Shown here: piece by piece, positions 37,301 through 50,235 of the stretch
Layout of the letters: each line of letters starts with the position of its first letter
Position numbering within the stretch: the stretch's first letter is position 1
NCBI RefSeq assembly: GCF_000143415.4
Contig: NW_003314303.1
Location: 496,460-560,459, forward strand
Source of the DNA: Selaginella moellendorffii
Lineage: Eukaryota; Plantae; Lycopodiophyta
Reading direction: 5' to 3'
DNA length: 64,000 nt
Program-made: the position numbers and the translations under genes
Notes under the pieces: generated by a model
Databases searched by the model: none
Told to the model about the DNA's origin: nothing
What the model saw: the letters and a program-made list of their open reading frames with translations, nothing else

Positions 37301-38128
37301 GACACGTGGAGCACTTGGACCAGGTGCAAGGGTTAAGTGGCATGGATGCCATTCTTGGGGCTAGCAAGTCCCAAGTCCTGAATTGGACTTATGGAGGTTG
37401 TGAATGAGACTCCTCCAAGTGGTCGGAGGTGTGGTTAAGTGACTAAAGTAGAATGGAAAAATTTAGTCGCTTACATATACCTCAAGTTGGTCGGCCATGC
37501 CCGACCTACCCATTATCCCTATTATATATTTAGAACACCGCATAAGCCCCCCCCCCCTTAAGGAACACATGCTTTGGGCTTTCACCCCAAGCCTCCCTTA
37601 ATACTAGGAGTTAATCTCTGGGATAAGTTTGAAACTTACTAATTATGGAATGTCTCTAGATATCGAATTTGGACGTGGGACAAACACCATTGTGTTCAAA
37701 AAAATCTCTACATTCCATAGATATACTAAATGAGCGAGTCTAAACATTTTCCATAAATAGCATTTGGGACTGGAATGAGACTAACACAAAAGGCATGATA
37801 GCGAGAGTGTTTGGCAAACACGGTAAGCTAGCGTTATTAAAGGACTAATCTCAATACGTGAGGGTTCTTGTCACTAGCTAGTGCAAGACATAACAAGACA
37901 GGACTCCTTACTGGGCTAAGTATGTTTAGTTAATAACACGTAGGAATTTCATCCTTATGCTTGTCCATTCTAAGTACACTCGAAATGCCCAGTTAACTCC
38001 ACTAGCACAAGAGGGACTAATAAAAGGTCTAGCAATACCGACCTTTTGCCATCGTAGCAGTAAGGAAAGAGTGTCCATAAGGACTAGCAGACACGTAACT
38101 TTTGATACCCGAAGTCACATTTGCGATA

Positions 38129-39483
38129 GAGATGGACCCAAGATAGAGTTCAAGATGGACCCGAGATGGAGTCTGAGATGGAGTCGGAGATGGAGTTCGA
38201 GATTGACCTAAGATGGAGTCCAAGATGGAGTTTGAGATGGACCCGAGATGGAGTCCAAGATAGATCTGAGATGGAGTCTGAGATGGATCTGAGATAGAGT
38301 CCAAGGTCGAGGCCAAGAAAGAGACCAAGACAGAAACCGAGATCGAGACCGAGACCGAGACTGAGATCGAGACTGAGTTTGAGACCAAGTCTGAGACCGA
38401 GTCTGAGACCAAGTCTGAGACTAAGTCTGAGATCAAGTCTGAGACCGAGTCTGAATCTGAGTCTGAGTTTAAGTCTGAGTCTGAGTTCGTGTCTAAGGGT
38501 GAAAGCCTAAAGCGATCATCTCCCAAACTCTAGGGGGTTTAGTAAGCTCCAAAAGTATAGTAGGGGGAGGACTCCAGTAGAGTTAATTTGGCCAAAAAAG
38601 GCCAGTGTGACCAAGGAAAGCTATACTTAGATGTTAGATGATGAGATATCCACTTAAGAGTCCAAGGTTAGAGTGAATACAGATAGACAAGCAGGGTAGC
38701 TTAGTGAAGTGTTCAAGAGTTGACTCTAGCTCCTCTAGGAGATTTAATGGTTAATGCTCCCAATCCAAGTGTGGGTGGCTCTACCTACTTGGATACTGGG
38801 TGTGGCTTATTGGAACCTTGCTCTAGCCACATGGCTAAGGCACCCAAAGGCAGAAGGTGGGGAGAGTACCTACAAGGCTTGTGTAGGGTTGTAGTGTTTT
38901 GAAATGTCATTTTAAAGTTCCAGACTGTGGAAAGGAAGAGGAGCAGTCCTTTTATGTGGTGACCAAGGATGTGGTTATATAGCAAGGAAGTCCCAGAGGT
39001 CAATAGGATGTAGTGGTTGGCAATGGGCCTTTGAACTCTGACTCAATAGCAATGTTGGTAAATACAATTGTGGATGGAAAGGGATTTTGTGGGGACCAAA
39101 AAAGGGATATTGGGGAAGGTTGTTCCCCCATATCTACAGATATCCTAAGGATGTTAAGAAGTGGATCTGGGATGATCATTCATGGATGGATGGCCTAGTC
39201 TTTGAGAGATAGGATTGTGTCTTAGACCACCAGTGTGCCAAAAGTGAGTGGGCATGGCCTTAGCATAATGGGCTGATATGTCGGTGGTACCTTTGGGTGT
39301 CGGTTATGGGATTAAACATGTAGAGCACTTGGACTAAGTGCAAAGGTTAAGTGGTATAGATGCCATTCATGGGGCTAGCAAGTCCCTAAGTCTAAAATAG
39401 GACTTATGAAGGTTGTGAGTGATACTTCTCCAAGTGGTCGGGGTTAAGTGACTAAAGTAAAATGGAAAATTATATCTGTTACA
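38129..39483 (+). mobile_element. Older, decayed L2 LTR (5' remnant at ~21425-21478)
   Basis: Colinear with 36180-37475 but with many C>T and G>A changes. Ends ...TGTTACA at 39483. Confidence 0.8.
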
Positions 39484-41175
39484 GTTTCGTGTTGTAGATA
39501 AAAAACCACTAGTGTCTACTATAGATGAGTTTGAGGCTGGTTTTTGTTTATGTTTTGCCACTCACTATGATGTGGAGAATGCTTGCACAAAACTTTGATA
39601 TTTCCAGCAAGGGAAAATGATGCTCAGGGATTATATTGAGAAGCTTACTTACTTGATTAGCCTTGTTCTAATGAAGGATCCAGATTAGAACAAATCCTAC
39701 TTCATGGATAGCCTTTATAGTGAGAGCATGTGGCAACACTTGCATTATTCTTAGCCTACAAAAAATTTGGAGGAGCTCTTTGATACGGCTTGTTGCCTTG
39801 AGAATTATAAGCATAAGTCTTGCAAGTGTTCAAGGAGTCCTTTTGTTGAGAATCATCGTGATGATCACTGTGTTCAGAAGGATTGGAACAATACTTCAAA
39901 TGTAAAGGGGTCAAAAAAGTATAAGTTCTTTGTGAAAAATTATAGACAAGATTATCATCATTATAGCAAGTTTGGACACTATAAGGTTGATTGTCCATAG
40001 TTGAAGAATAAGCAGCAAGGCAAAAAGAATGGTCAATCTTCTACTAACAATAAATCAAATATTAAAAAGTTGTAAACTTTGCAGTGTGAGGATGATAGGG
40101 ATGACCATTCTGGTTGGAGGAAGGGGTTTTTGATCGTTGCTTGTCAACTCAATTATATGTGGAATAAGATGGAGTTCAAGGACACTAGTAAATGAGCTAT
40201 AATGCTGAAAGGTATATTCAGTGGTGGTCTAATGTGGATTTTACTAGATAGTGGGAGTGATGACAACTTTATTTCGGTGAAATTTGTTGAGGAGCATAGC
40301 TATAGAGGGTATGTAGAGAAGAAGGTTTTTCTTGATTTTGGTTTGCTATAGGACATTATTAGTGATAAAAATTCAAAGTTCACTAGTGAATATTAGAAAA
40401 ACTTTACAAAGGCTATGCAAATGAGTTTGAAACTCTTGAATGGAGATCATCCTCAGACGGATGGGTAAACCGAGCGTGTGAATCAGATGGTAGAAAATAT
40501 ACTATGCTGTAGTATTGGTCAAAGGTATGGACAATAAGATTTATATCTTCCATTAGTGCAATTTACCTACAATAATAGCTAACACAATAAAATTAGACTA
40601 AATCCTTACTTTACCATGCTTGGAAGGCATCCCTAAACAGTGGTGGAGTTGGGATTGCATTTGGGTAAGGATGTTCAAGATAAGATTGATTCAGAGGCAA
40701 TTGAATTGCCCATAGAACTTGATGAGATTCTAGTGGTGTGCAAACGGAATTTGCAAGTAGCTTAGGATAGAGCAAAGAAGTTTGCTAATGAGCATTGGTA
40801 ATTTTGGGAATATAAGGTGGGTGATCTTGTCTTTGTGCGAGTGATTTTTCTATGAAGTGAGCAGTAGAATACATTGGTGCCTTTACGGAATGGGAAGAGT
40901 GACAAACTTTCCCATTAGTATGCTAATCCATATGAAATGCTAGAGTGCATTGATAAGGCAATTTATCAACTGCAGCTATTAGCTATGGTGAAAATTCATT
41001 TGGTATTTTATGTCATTTAGTTGAAAAGTGTACTATCTCAGAGTGATGGGCCCAATGCCTCCTTGATGTATACGGTTGTGGAAGATGGACCAAGAGCTTG
41101 AGCAGGGTTCCCAAGAAAGGGTGATCACTGGTACAACTCATCCTTAGGACAAGGACTTTGTTAAAGGGGAACAAT
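39484..41175 (+). pseudogene. Decayed, internally deleted Gypsy gag/protease/integrase fragment
   Basis: Zinc-knuckle remnant (..KFGHYKVDCP, ~39955-39998), LLDSGSDDNFIS (~40240), HPQTDG.TERVN (~40448) and a purine tract before TGTTAAG at 41176. Confidence 0.6.
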
Positions 41176-44118
41176 TGTTAAGAGCCATCTTTGACCACAT
41201 GGTCAATGTCAGTCAAAGGGAAGGTCAAGGGTATATTAAGGTATGTTAGAGTAAGGAACTTAAACTACGCTAGGACTCACAATAGAGGCGATATAATGGA
41301 GCTTTTGAGGTAGCTCAGGGGTGGTTGGGTGGTGAGGAACCCCAAGAGGAGGTGTAGCATAGTCTAGGGAGATTAGATCTTTGAGTAAGTCTTTTTCTTA
41401 CATATACTTATGTTCTCACCTCTGCTTGCAAAATAGTGATAAATAAATAGAGATGAGAATAAGAGAAGAATAGAAATAAGAAGTAGAAGAGAACTTAACC
41501 TTGAACCCCAAAGACATATATAAGAATAAGCATATGTCACTCTCTCAACTATACTTTCCACAAACAGTCATAGGCGGGAGAAAAGATAGTTAATTCAATA
41601 CAAATGTGTATAACAGTCAGTGGGGATTGTTTTCTAGCATGTTTAAATGCTATTTATATACTATATGATTTTATAACTATTCCTAACTGCTTTTCACTTG
41701 TCTATGACAAGCACTGCCTAGGCCAGGTCTTTCTTCTTTAGATGCCTAAACTTAGGTGTTACTCTTATTTTTTTAGATGCCTAAGCTTCCTTCTTCTGCT
41801 CTGCCTAGAAAGATATACAAGATAAAAACATCATTCACCCACGACAAAGCTACTACTTATCCTCAGGCAATCAGATTCTCCAAATCCTATTCTAGGTTGC
41901 TAAATTTGGTCTTCATAGTGACAAGTTCAATGCTTCGGTGTAGATCGTCGAGTTCCTAACACATGATCTGATTCTCTTGGTCGAGTATAGCGATGCATTG
42001 GTCCTAGCAGCTGATGCACACTCCATCAGTGGATGTGGAGGTTAAGATTGCACTCTTGGATTATGTGGCACTAATGATTTTGCTTGCCCATGACTCCATT
42101 CACTTTCTTGGTGATTGTCTTGAGGTAGCTCAAGACTTGCGCAAGGTACTCCGTCGTTTCCTCATCTTCTACCAGTTGCATCAGCTCATCAACTAGCTGC
42201 TTCCCTTCCTTGATATGGTGAGTGAGCTCCTCTATGAAACTTCAAACTGTTGGCTTGCTAGGCTGATTCACAAACTTCTGTGTGAAGGTGCAGCTAGCCT
42301 TGACCTTATAGTGGTACTGCAGCATCTACTATTGCTATGGCTGCCTCATCTCGCTAGATTTGTTGGTGGAGCATGTGTCATTGTTGAATGTGTAGGTGGA
42401 CTAGAAAAAACTTAATCTGTACTCCTATGGTTCACCTAGACCCTCTTTTATAGCCTCGTCTTTTATGTCCCATTGAGTTTTTTGGCCATGATCTTCTTGG
42501 CCTAAACTCACCTCATTGACTGTATTTACAGCCAATGGTTTTGCAACATTTATAGGTGCATCATGTGTTAGACTTTGTGGCTTAATTTCTTCCACAACTT
42601 TAATGTCCATCGTTTGCCTAGTGTTGTCCATTTGTGTGCTCATTTGTAACGCACTTGAATTTGGAGCCGAATTCCAAGTCTATTGTGCTATGAAATAAGA
42701 ATCCCATGAGCAACACTTACACGCAAAATCATGTCAGACGATTTGGCACAATTTTGGCATACTAGTGGCCTAATGCGAGGAGGAGGGTACCCCATTGACT
42801 AGAGCAACATGGAGCATGGGCTTAAACCCAAGTTGGACATAGAACAAGGAGCGACACAGCCTAACAAAAGCCAAACTAATGTCTCTGGTGGTTGAACATG
42901 CATTCCAACCATTATCCCTATTATACATTTGGAACCCCACCCTTGAGGAACACATGCTTTGGGCTTTCACCCCAAGCCTCTCTTAGTACCAGGAGTTAGT
43001 CTCTGGGACAAGCTCGAAATTTACTAAATATGGAATGTCCATGGATTACAAATTTGGACATAGGACAAACACTATTGTGTTCAGGACAATCTTTACATTC
43101 CGTAGATATGCCAAATTAGTGAATCTAGACACTTTCCATAAATAGCATTTGGGACCAAAATGAGATGAACACAAAGGGCATGATAGTGAGGGTGTTTGGT
43201 AGACATGGTAAACTATCATGTAGCGATATTGAAAGACTAGACTCAATATGCGAGGGTTCTTGCCAAGCCAGTGCAAGACAGAGCAAAAGAGAACTAACAA
43301 ACCGGGCCAAGTATATTTGGCTAGATAAACACTTAGGAATTCCATCATTATGCTCATCCAGCCAAGTATAGATGCTAAATCGAGTTTACTAACACTTGGA
43401 TAAGAGGGGCTAATAAAGGGAACTAACAGTATCAACCTCTTGCCGTCATAACAGTAAGGAAAGAGTGTTCGTAAGGATTGGCTAAGTATCTTTCGATACC
43501 CGAAGTCACATTCATGACACTCTCCCCCTAGGGAAAATCGACATCCTCGTCGATGCATACCTAAGTCTAGTAAACCGTCAAGGAAACAACTCCAAAAGTT
43601 AATGGAAAGCACACTATATGGGAAACACATCAACTTAAATAAGTTGTGGAACAACCTCTCCTCTATGTCCAAAGACATTAAGACTTAGACACCCTCTGGC
43701 CATCACCAACAAGGAAATGACTAACATAGTTAGCCACCCTTGCTGCTCCGAGTACCACTTGGTTTACAAAGGAATGATACATCCCTGCCTACAGGGACAT
43801 AGGGAGAAGGCCAAAGGCCTAACTTCCTCTGAGCAAGAAATTGTCAGGAAGATTTAGACAACTATTATATACTGGCAGATTAAGTTGTTTAAACGACCAC
43901 GCCCCTTTTAAAAAATGAGTCAGCGAGAGAGAGGCAGGGACTTGTGACCAATCTATAATAGTTATCCCCATAGTTATGAATTGGACCCATACACCGAAGT
44001 GCCGAAGTCAACCTACCAAAATTGACCCAAGTACTCATGAACGAGAGAAAAAAAACTTTGATTGATAGAAATATATTACTTTATTGATTTGCAAGATTGA
44101 TTACAAGATTTACAAAAG

Positions 44119-46504
44119 CTAGTCTTTATTATTATTCTCATACTCCGTGACAAGCTCACAAGCATGTGTAAGATTACTAAGAGGCTCCCAAGTTGATTCA
44201 CAAGTTGGGTAACCTTTCCACTTAACTAGATACTCTTGAAGTTTGGCACGTTTAAGCCAGCATGTACCCAAAATAGCATCCACTTCATATTTAGGTTCAC
44301 CATCCACAACTTCTGGTGGTGGACGAATCTCCCTGTGATGTGCAACATCCATAGTGTAAAGAGCCAATAGATTGGCATGAAATACATTATGAACATTGGA
44401 TATCTCCGCAAGAAGATCTAACCGATAGGATACATCACCAATTTGTTTCAACACTCAATAGGGTCCAATATATTGCAATAATAGTTTCTGAGATAAAGAT
44501 CCCTTAATATTCAAGTTCCAGGAAGATAGCCACACCTGATCTCCCACTTGATAGGATACATCCTGACGATGTTGATCCTTGTCACATCGATACCTATCAT
44601 GAGCTTTAGCCATTGCCTCAATAGCTCTAGACCAACCTTAGCGTAACTGCTCCACATAAGTCTCAATGGTTGGGACCAACACTTTAGATATTGGTTTCGG
44701 TACAATAATCTCTTGAGGCACCCCACGAGCATTCCCTTGCAGCATCTCTCATCGAGAACAACCAATAGTGCTATGAAATGTGTTGTTATAACAGATTTCT
44801 ATTGTATCCAAATGCTCAACCTAGTCGCATTGGTCTGCTGTGATATAGTACCACAGATAATCCTCAACTTGAGCATTCACACGTTCGGTCTGCCCATCAG
44901 TTTGAGGATGATAAGTTGTATTAAACTTCAACTTGGTACCAAATAACTGGAATAGTGTGCCCCAAAACATCCCCGTAAATCTCAAATCTCTATCCGAGAT
45001 CATCTCTTTGGGAAGACCACGAACCCGCACTACTTCATGGAAAAAGAGTTTTGCTACTTGCTTTGCACTTACTGTTGCCACAATTGGAATGAAGTGTGCA
45101 ATCTTCAAGAACCGATCCACAACTACCATCAAAGTATCATAACCCTTAAACTTCGGTAAGCAAGTGATGAAATCAAGAGTCACACTTTGAAATGGCCATG
45201 CTAGTGTTGGAATGCATTGCAACTTTCTAGTCTACTTCTCAGTTCTGCACTTACATTGCTGGCATATAGGGGAAGAACAGACATAATCCGCTACATCACC
45301 TTCTATACCAAACCAAAAAAATCCCTTTTTCAATGAAGCAAGAGTCTTGCATTTTCCACTATATCCTGCTGTTGGAACATCATGATGTTCTTGCAGAAAC
45401 AACTGCTGCAGATCCTTAAAAGGAAGATACAATCTTTCTTGCTTATAGAATATAAGCCCATCCCAAACTGAGAAGTGAAGTTTCACATTGGTTTAACTAG
45501 CAACTTTCACTACTTTGCTACTAGTGTTTTGCTTTGACAACTCCGCATGGTGCAAGATTGCCTTTGACAACATATCACTTTTATATGAAGCCTGAACATC
45601 CTCCAACTAGTCTAAACTGATTGCTGATATTGCCTAGAACTGAGCTTGACGATTCAACGCATCCGGAACAATATTGTCTTTACCAAGTTTATATATGATT
45701 TAATTATCATATCTAACAAGCTTCTCTTGCCAACAAGCTTGCTTTAGCATAAGCTTTAGCTGCGTAGCAAAGTAACTCAGTGTATTACTATTTGTATAAA
45801 CTTTGGTATGTCCACCCAAATAGTGTCTTCAGTGTTCTAACACCAACACTATAGCAAACATCTCTTTCTCGTGCGTTGGCCATCTTCGTTGGGTTTCATC
45901 CAATTTCTTGGAATAGAACGCAATGGAACAACCATGTCACCTTAGCGTAACAACAACCACTTTGTCATAATCTTGCTGCAACACGGCACCAATAGCATAG
46001 CCAGATGCATCATAATGCACTTTGAAGTTTATCAAGATCCGGAATCTTGAGAACAGGAACCATAGTCAAGATCTCCTTCAATCATACAAAAGCACATTGA
46101 CAAGCTAGTGTTCAATGAAACTATATACTACTTTTCATCAACTCAATCAATGGAAGAGCAATTCTTGCAAAATTGCGGACAAACTTGCTATAGTATCTCG
46201 CTAAACTGAGAAAGGGACAAACATCTGATACAATTATTGGGACTTTCCAGGACTTCACCGCTTCAACCTTTTTTGGATCCACCTCAATTATGCCACCACC
46301 AACTATATGTCTGAGAAAGTTTACGCAAATTTTCCAAAAGTGCATTTACTTTCCTTAGCATATAGTTTGTGTTCGCGCAACTTCTGAAACATCAGCTCCA
46401 AGTGTTTCAAATGATCCTCCAATGTTTCACTAAAGATTAGAATATCATTGATATATAGAACAACAAATGTGTTCAAGTAATCTCTAAATATTATATCCAT
46501 CATA
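44119..46504 (-). pseudogene. Gypsy pol 3' part: RT C-half, RNase H, integrase, chromodomain
   Basis: VVLYINDILIFS (YIDD mutated), EHHDVPTAG, LDFITCLP, ISDRDLRF, YHPQTDGQTERVN and YEVDAIL...EYLVKWKGYPTCESTWEP, all broken by stops or frameshifts. Confidence 0.9.
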
Positions 46505-46946
46505 AAGCTCTATTTCGTTAAAGTGGGAATTGTCATTATCCCACTTGTAAAATAAGGTTTCCAAACCTTTATATAGTATATAAATATAACAAAATTCAAC
46601 TGCATTGAGGCACATGCCATTTTATTTTAAACAAGGAAATGTCTACTCAATCACTTCTCCTCCCCCTGCCACTGCTTCACCTCTCTCTTCTCCTTGTCAT
46701 CGTCGTCCAATTTCTTTCCATCCTTTTAATATTGGCTCAGTTGCTCCGAGTCTAGGTGGAGCCCAAGTCCCCATTCAATCTTTACTTTCCCATTATTAAT
46801 AAAACAACTTCGTAGACTTCCAATAACATGCTGTAACACTTCTAGTATAATGCAAATCCTCTCAAAGAATTGTCTTTTAATATTAATACAATGGCATGGA
46901 ACCCCATGCCATAATAAGTTACATTTTTAAATAAATACATGCCATC

Positions 46947-49900
46947 TCAGACTGTTATTTTTTGCCTCCAACGCCTATACAATAATCTTGGAATTTCATC
47001 ACTCTCCACACTATCAGGATTTAAACCCAATAGTAATGCCATCTCTTCTCTAATACGTCCACGCTCATGTTCAATGGTCGAAGAACCCATCCGGTTGAGC
47101 AGATTATGGAGATGGGGATAGTGCTTGGTTAGACAATATACATGCCATAAATGATGACTGGTGTCTGTCCGATCAAATGGCTTCTGATATACCGTTCCAT
47201 CTGCCATTTGGTTGATTTCTGCAGCCACCTCCTGGACTGGCCGGTTCTCTATCACCATCGCTCCAAGCCATTTTGCAAGGTCCCCCAGAACATACGGTTT
47301 CTTCTCCCTAGTTTCCATACTGCAAGAGATGGGGTGCACTGCATATGTGTGCGTGTTTGCTGCAGTTTTAATCGGCGAGTCATCGATGATGAGGATTTCA
47401 CTTGAGCTAGCAGTCCGGTTCATCACTACAGCCTCTGGCTTGACGAAGATGGGCTTGCTACCCCTCACATGGACCATAGTCAAGCAATCCTCCTGCGTTA
47501 GGAGAAAGTCAAATGGTAATATTACTCGCGTCTGATCGTGCATCATCTGTAGCAACGTTAATGCATTGTGGCGCATCATGGATGTCCAAACTCCCAATTG
47601 CAAATTGAACCCGGCCCTCTGTTTTAAGTGTCGCATGGTCATTATTAGATCCCGCAGTTTCTCCCGTGTGATTAATGTGAATCTGTCTCTTTTGACCAAC
47701 TTGCGACCGCAGGCTTTGGAGGGTGCAATGACATTCGAGGACGAGCCACGCTCATGGGAGAAAAGGACACCGTTCAGATCAAAAACGATACAGTACCTTC
47801 GCCGTGACTCTGAAATGAAATGCGTCAGCATAAAAAATGGTACAAGTCAATTTTACCATCTACAATATTAGCGAATGTTGCTCCCGATGGTCGTTGAGAG
47901 GGTTTTGGTCGAGGAAACGTGAAGGGCGGAAATACTCTCCTCTGCAATGTGGGGTCAATCGCATCCGATGGCGTGTGGGCACATGCCATTTCAGCTGTAG
48001 ACTCTGGTACAACTGGCTCAACAGTGGCATGGGGTGGTTCCGATGGCGTGTGATCACACGCCATTTCAGCTGGTGCCTCCGTTGGCAAAGTGGACATGAC
48101 CGAACAGGCAGCAGGGGCGGTGTAGGGAGGTTCCAACGGCGCGTAGTCAGACGATTGGGCACACGTTGAGTCCGTTGGAAATGAGGATACGACCGGCTCG
48201 GCGGCTGGGGCGGCCTCATGTGGGTCCAATGGTGCCTGGTCACCGTCAGTTGGATACGTGGACAAGATTGACTCAGTGGTATGGGCAGCATCAAGTGGAG
48301 CGTGGTCAGCTTGCTTGGCGTTGATATGGATAGTAGCCTCCACCAGCTCTAATGACTCTTGCAGCCAAGTAGAGTCCACTGGCGGATCCATATGCATGTC
48401 CAAATATCTCCCTTCGATTGAGATGGTATCCTCCCGTGCTACTAAAAACAAACTCATTAGCACATTGAATCGACTATACTGTATTTACCATCAACTGCTA
48501 TTGAGGAACTAGGACCGATATCACTTGAGCGCACTGCTGATTCTGAAGATTGGACATACGTTTCGACCCTTGCTTGGCACTATCCTTCCTCGACACTAAA
48601 GGCTAGAGTTTGTAAATTCAACTGAATAATCTCTACTTACCATTTGCTCTGCGACCTACATGGACAATGTTAGAAATGGTAAAAGGTTAGGAATGGATGT
48701 ATTATTATTTACCTGATGGTTTGTCTTGTATGACCTTCCTCTGCCGCTCTTTGGCCACCTCAGGCTGGCCATCGTCGTCATCATCGTCGTCGTCGTTATT
48801 GTGATCGTCACCATTGTGAGGACCATCCAAGTCCTCTTCGTCCTCCTCTTCTTCGTCCTCCTCTTCTTTGTCCTCCTCTTCGTCCTTCTGCTCTTCCTGC
48901 TCATTATCTTTCTCTGGCTCCTCATCCCCCTCCTGCATTTCTTCCATAGGCTGCTCAGGCTGGATGGCTTGTTGCCTTTTATCGAGTTGCCTTTTATCAG
49001 GCGGAAAACTCTTGTCTTGAAGACTTTCTTCACCTCCTCGCCCACCATAATATCCACAACTATCTCTTGCATCGCCAAGCTAGAATGCTGCCCGGAGACG
49101 GCATAGAACCGGATGTTCTGATCGTCCAACACCTTCCTATTGATCAAGTCTGGAAACCTCATCTCGCCCTTCATTTTTTGGTAGTAGGGGATCACGTCTG
49201 CGATGTCGGGTGTTACTGGACTTGCCAGCATCTTCTGCTTCAATTTCTCTACCCACTCATCAGATACTAGCCTGTGGTTGTATTTGCTTTGGATGTCGAT
49301 ACGGCTCACGTCGATTGTATATACTTTGTTGGAATAGTAACAAGTACTATTATCTGCGACGATTTTTGCTGCCTCTTCTTGCTCTTTCTGCTCTTTGCGG
49401 CTCTTCTTTTTGGTGGGTGTAGTGTTCGAACCCGAGGCAATGGCATCACTGAGTAGCTTCTTTTTTGGAGCAGGAGAGTCGGATGTCGGCTTGAGCTTGA
49501 CCACCCTTTTCTGCTTCGAGGTAGTTTCCAGATCGACCCCCTTCCCCTTTGCTTCGCGAACTGGAGTCACTCTCAACGGCTCAATGTTGGAATATAGTTT
49601 TTGAACATCGCCGTAGGTGAGGTCTGTGGATTCCATGTGATCTTCATAGACCCGCAGCGTCTTTGAAATTGTGGGCCTCCTGGACAACCTCTCCCTAGCT
49701 CCCTCTAGGAATTCCTCATAGCCGCTGCCCCCCTCCGGGAAGCCGCTAGGATGTGCAAGGTGGATCTTGAAGGCAGACGCTGTCTCTACCACAAGTGCCT
49801 GTCCATATTTTTGCATGGAACTGCATGGAGTGTCTGTCACTTGGATGAGGATCCCCATGCATTCTTTTCTCCCACCATCTGTGTTGTACAGCCTCAGATC

Positions 49901-50235
49901 CTCGCCTTCCATCCCGAAAGTCCAACTGGTGAGCTCCTCCCCCTTCTCTGCATCCACATTGACAGTGGCTGGAAGAAGAATGCAATTCCTCGCCTGTTCA
50001 GAAATGCACAACAATTAGAGCTGACAGATGAAAAGCTAGTAGCTGGAAATAACGTGAGGCCACACGCCATTCACCACTGCATCAGATGTCTTGAGGCTGC
50101 ATCCTAAGATGGCGTGAGGCTACACGCCATCTGTAACCGGACTGCACTCGAGAGCCCAATCGGTGCATGCCAATGTTGCTACTGAATGGCATGTGGCCTC
50201 ATGCCATTTTCTACTTGGCCTAAAAGACTTACCAT
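46947..50235 (-). CDS. Cargo gene, copy C (ParB/Srx-like + acidic + FCP1-like phosphatase); 1-bp deletion near 48548 frameshifts a small exon
   Basis: ORFs 48656-50014, 48705-48947, 47825-48463 and 46947-47831 match copy A. Sequence reads GAAGATTGG here versus GAAGGATTGG in copies A and B. Confidence 0.7.

Larger units (their letters stand above)
29146..37475 (+). mobile_element. Non-autonomous LTR retrotransposon (family L2): LTRs 29146-30681 and 35924-37475
   Basis: TG...CA LTRs that are highly similar. 5-bp TSD TATAC (29141-29145 and 37476-37480). PBS TGGTATCGGAGC at 30685-30696. PPT TGGGTGGTGGAGT at 35911-35923. No long internal ORF. Confidence 0.92.
21479..38128 (-). mobile_element. Old Gypsy-type LTR retrotransposon (family L1). 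3' LTR 21479-23728 and 5' LTR 28678-38128 are each interrupted by younger insertions; decayed internal region 23729-28677
   Basis: Matching LTR ends at 21479 and 28678. PBS-like sequence (reverse complement of CTCTGATACTA) at ~28665-28675. PPT at 23729-23744. Degenerate 5-bp TSD AAAAT/GAGAT inside an older L2 LTR. Confidence 0.75.
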
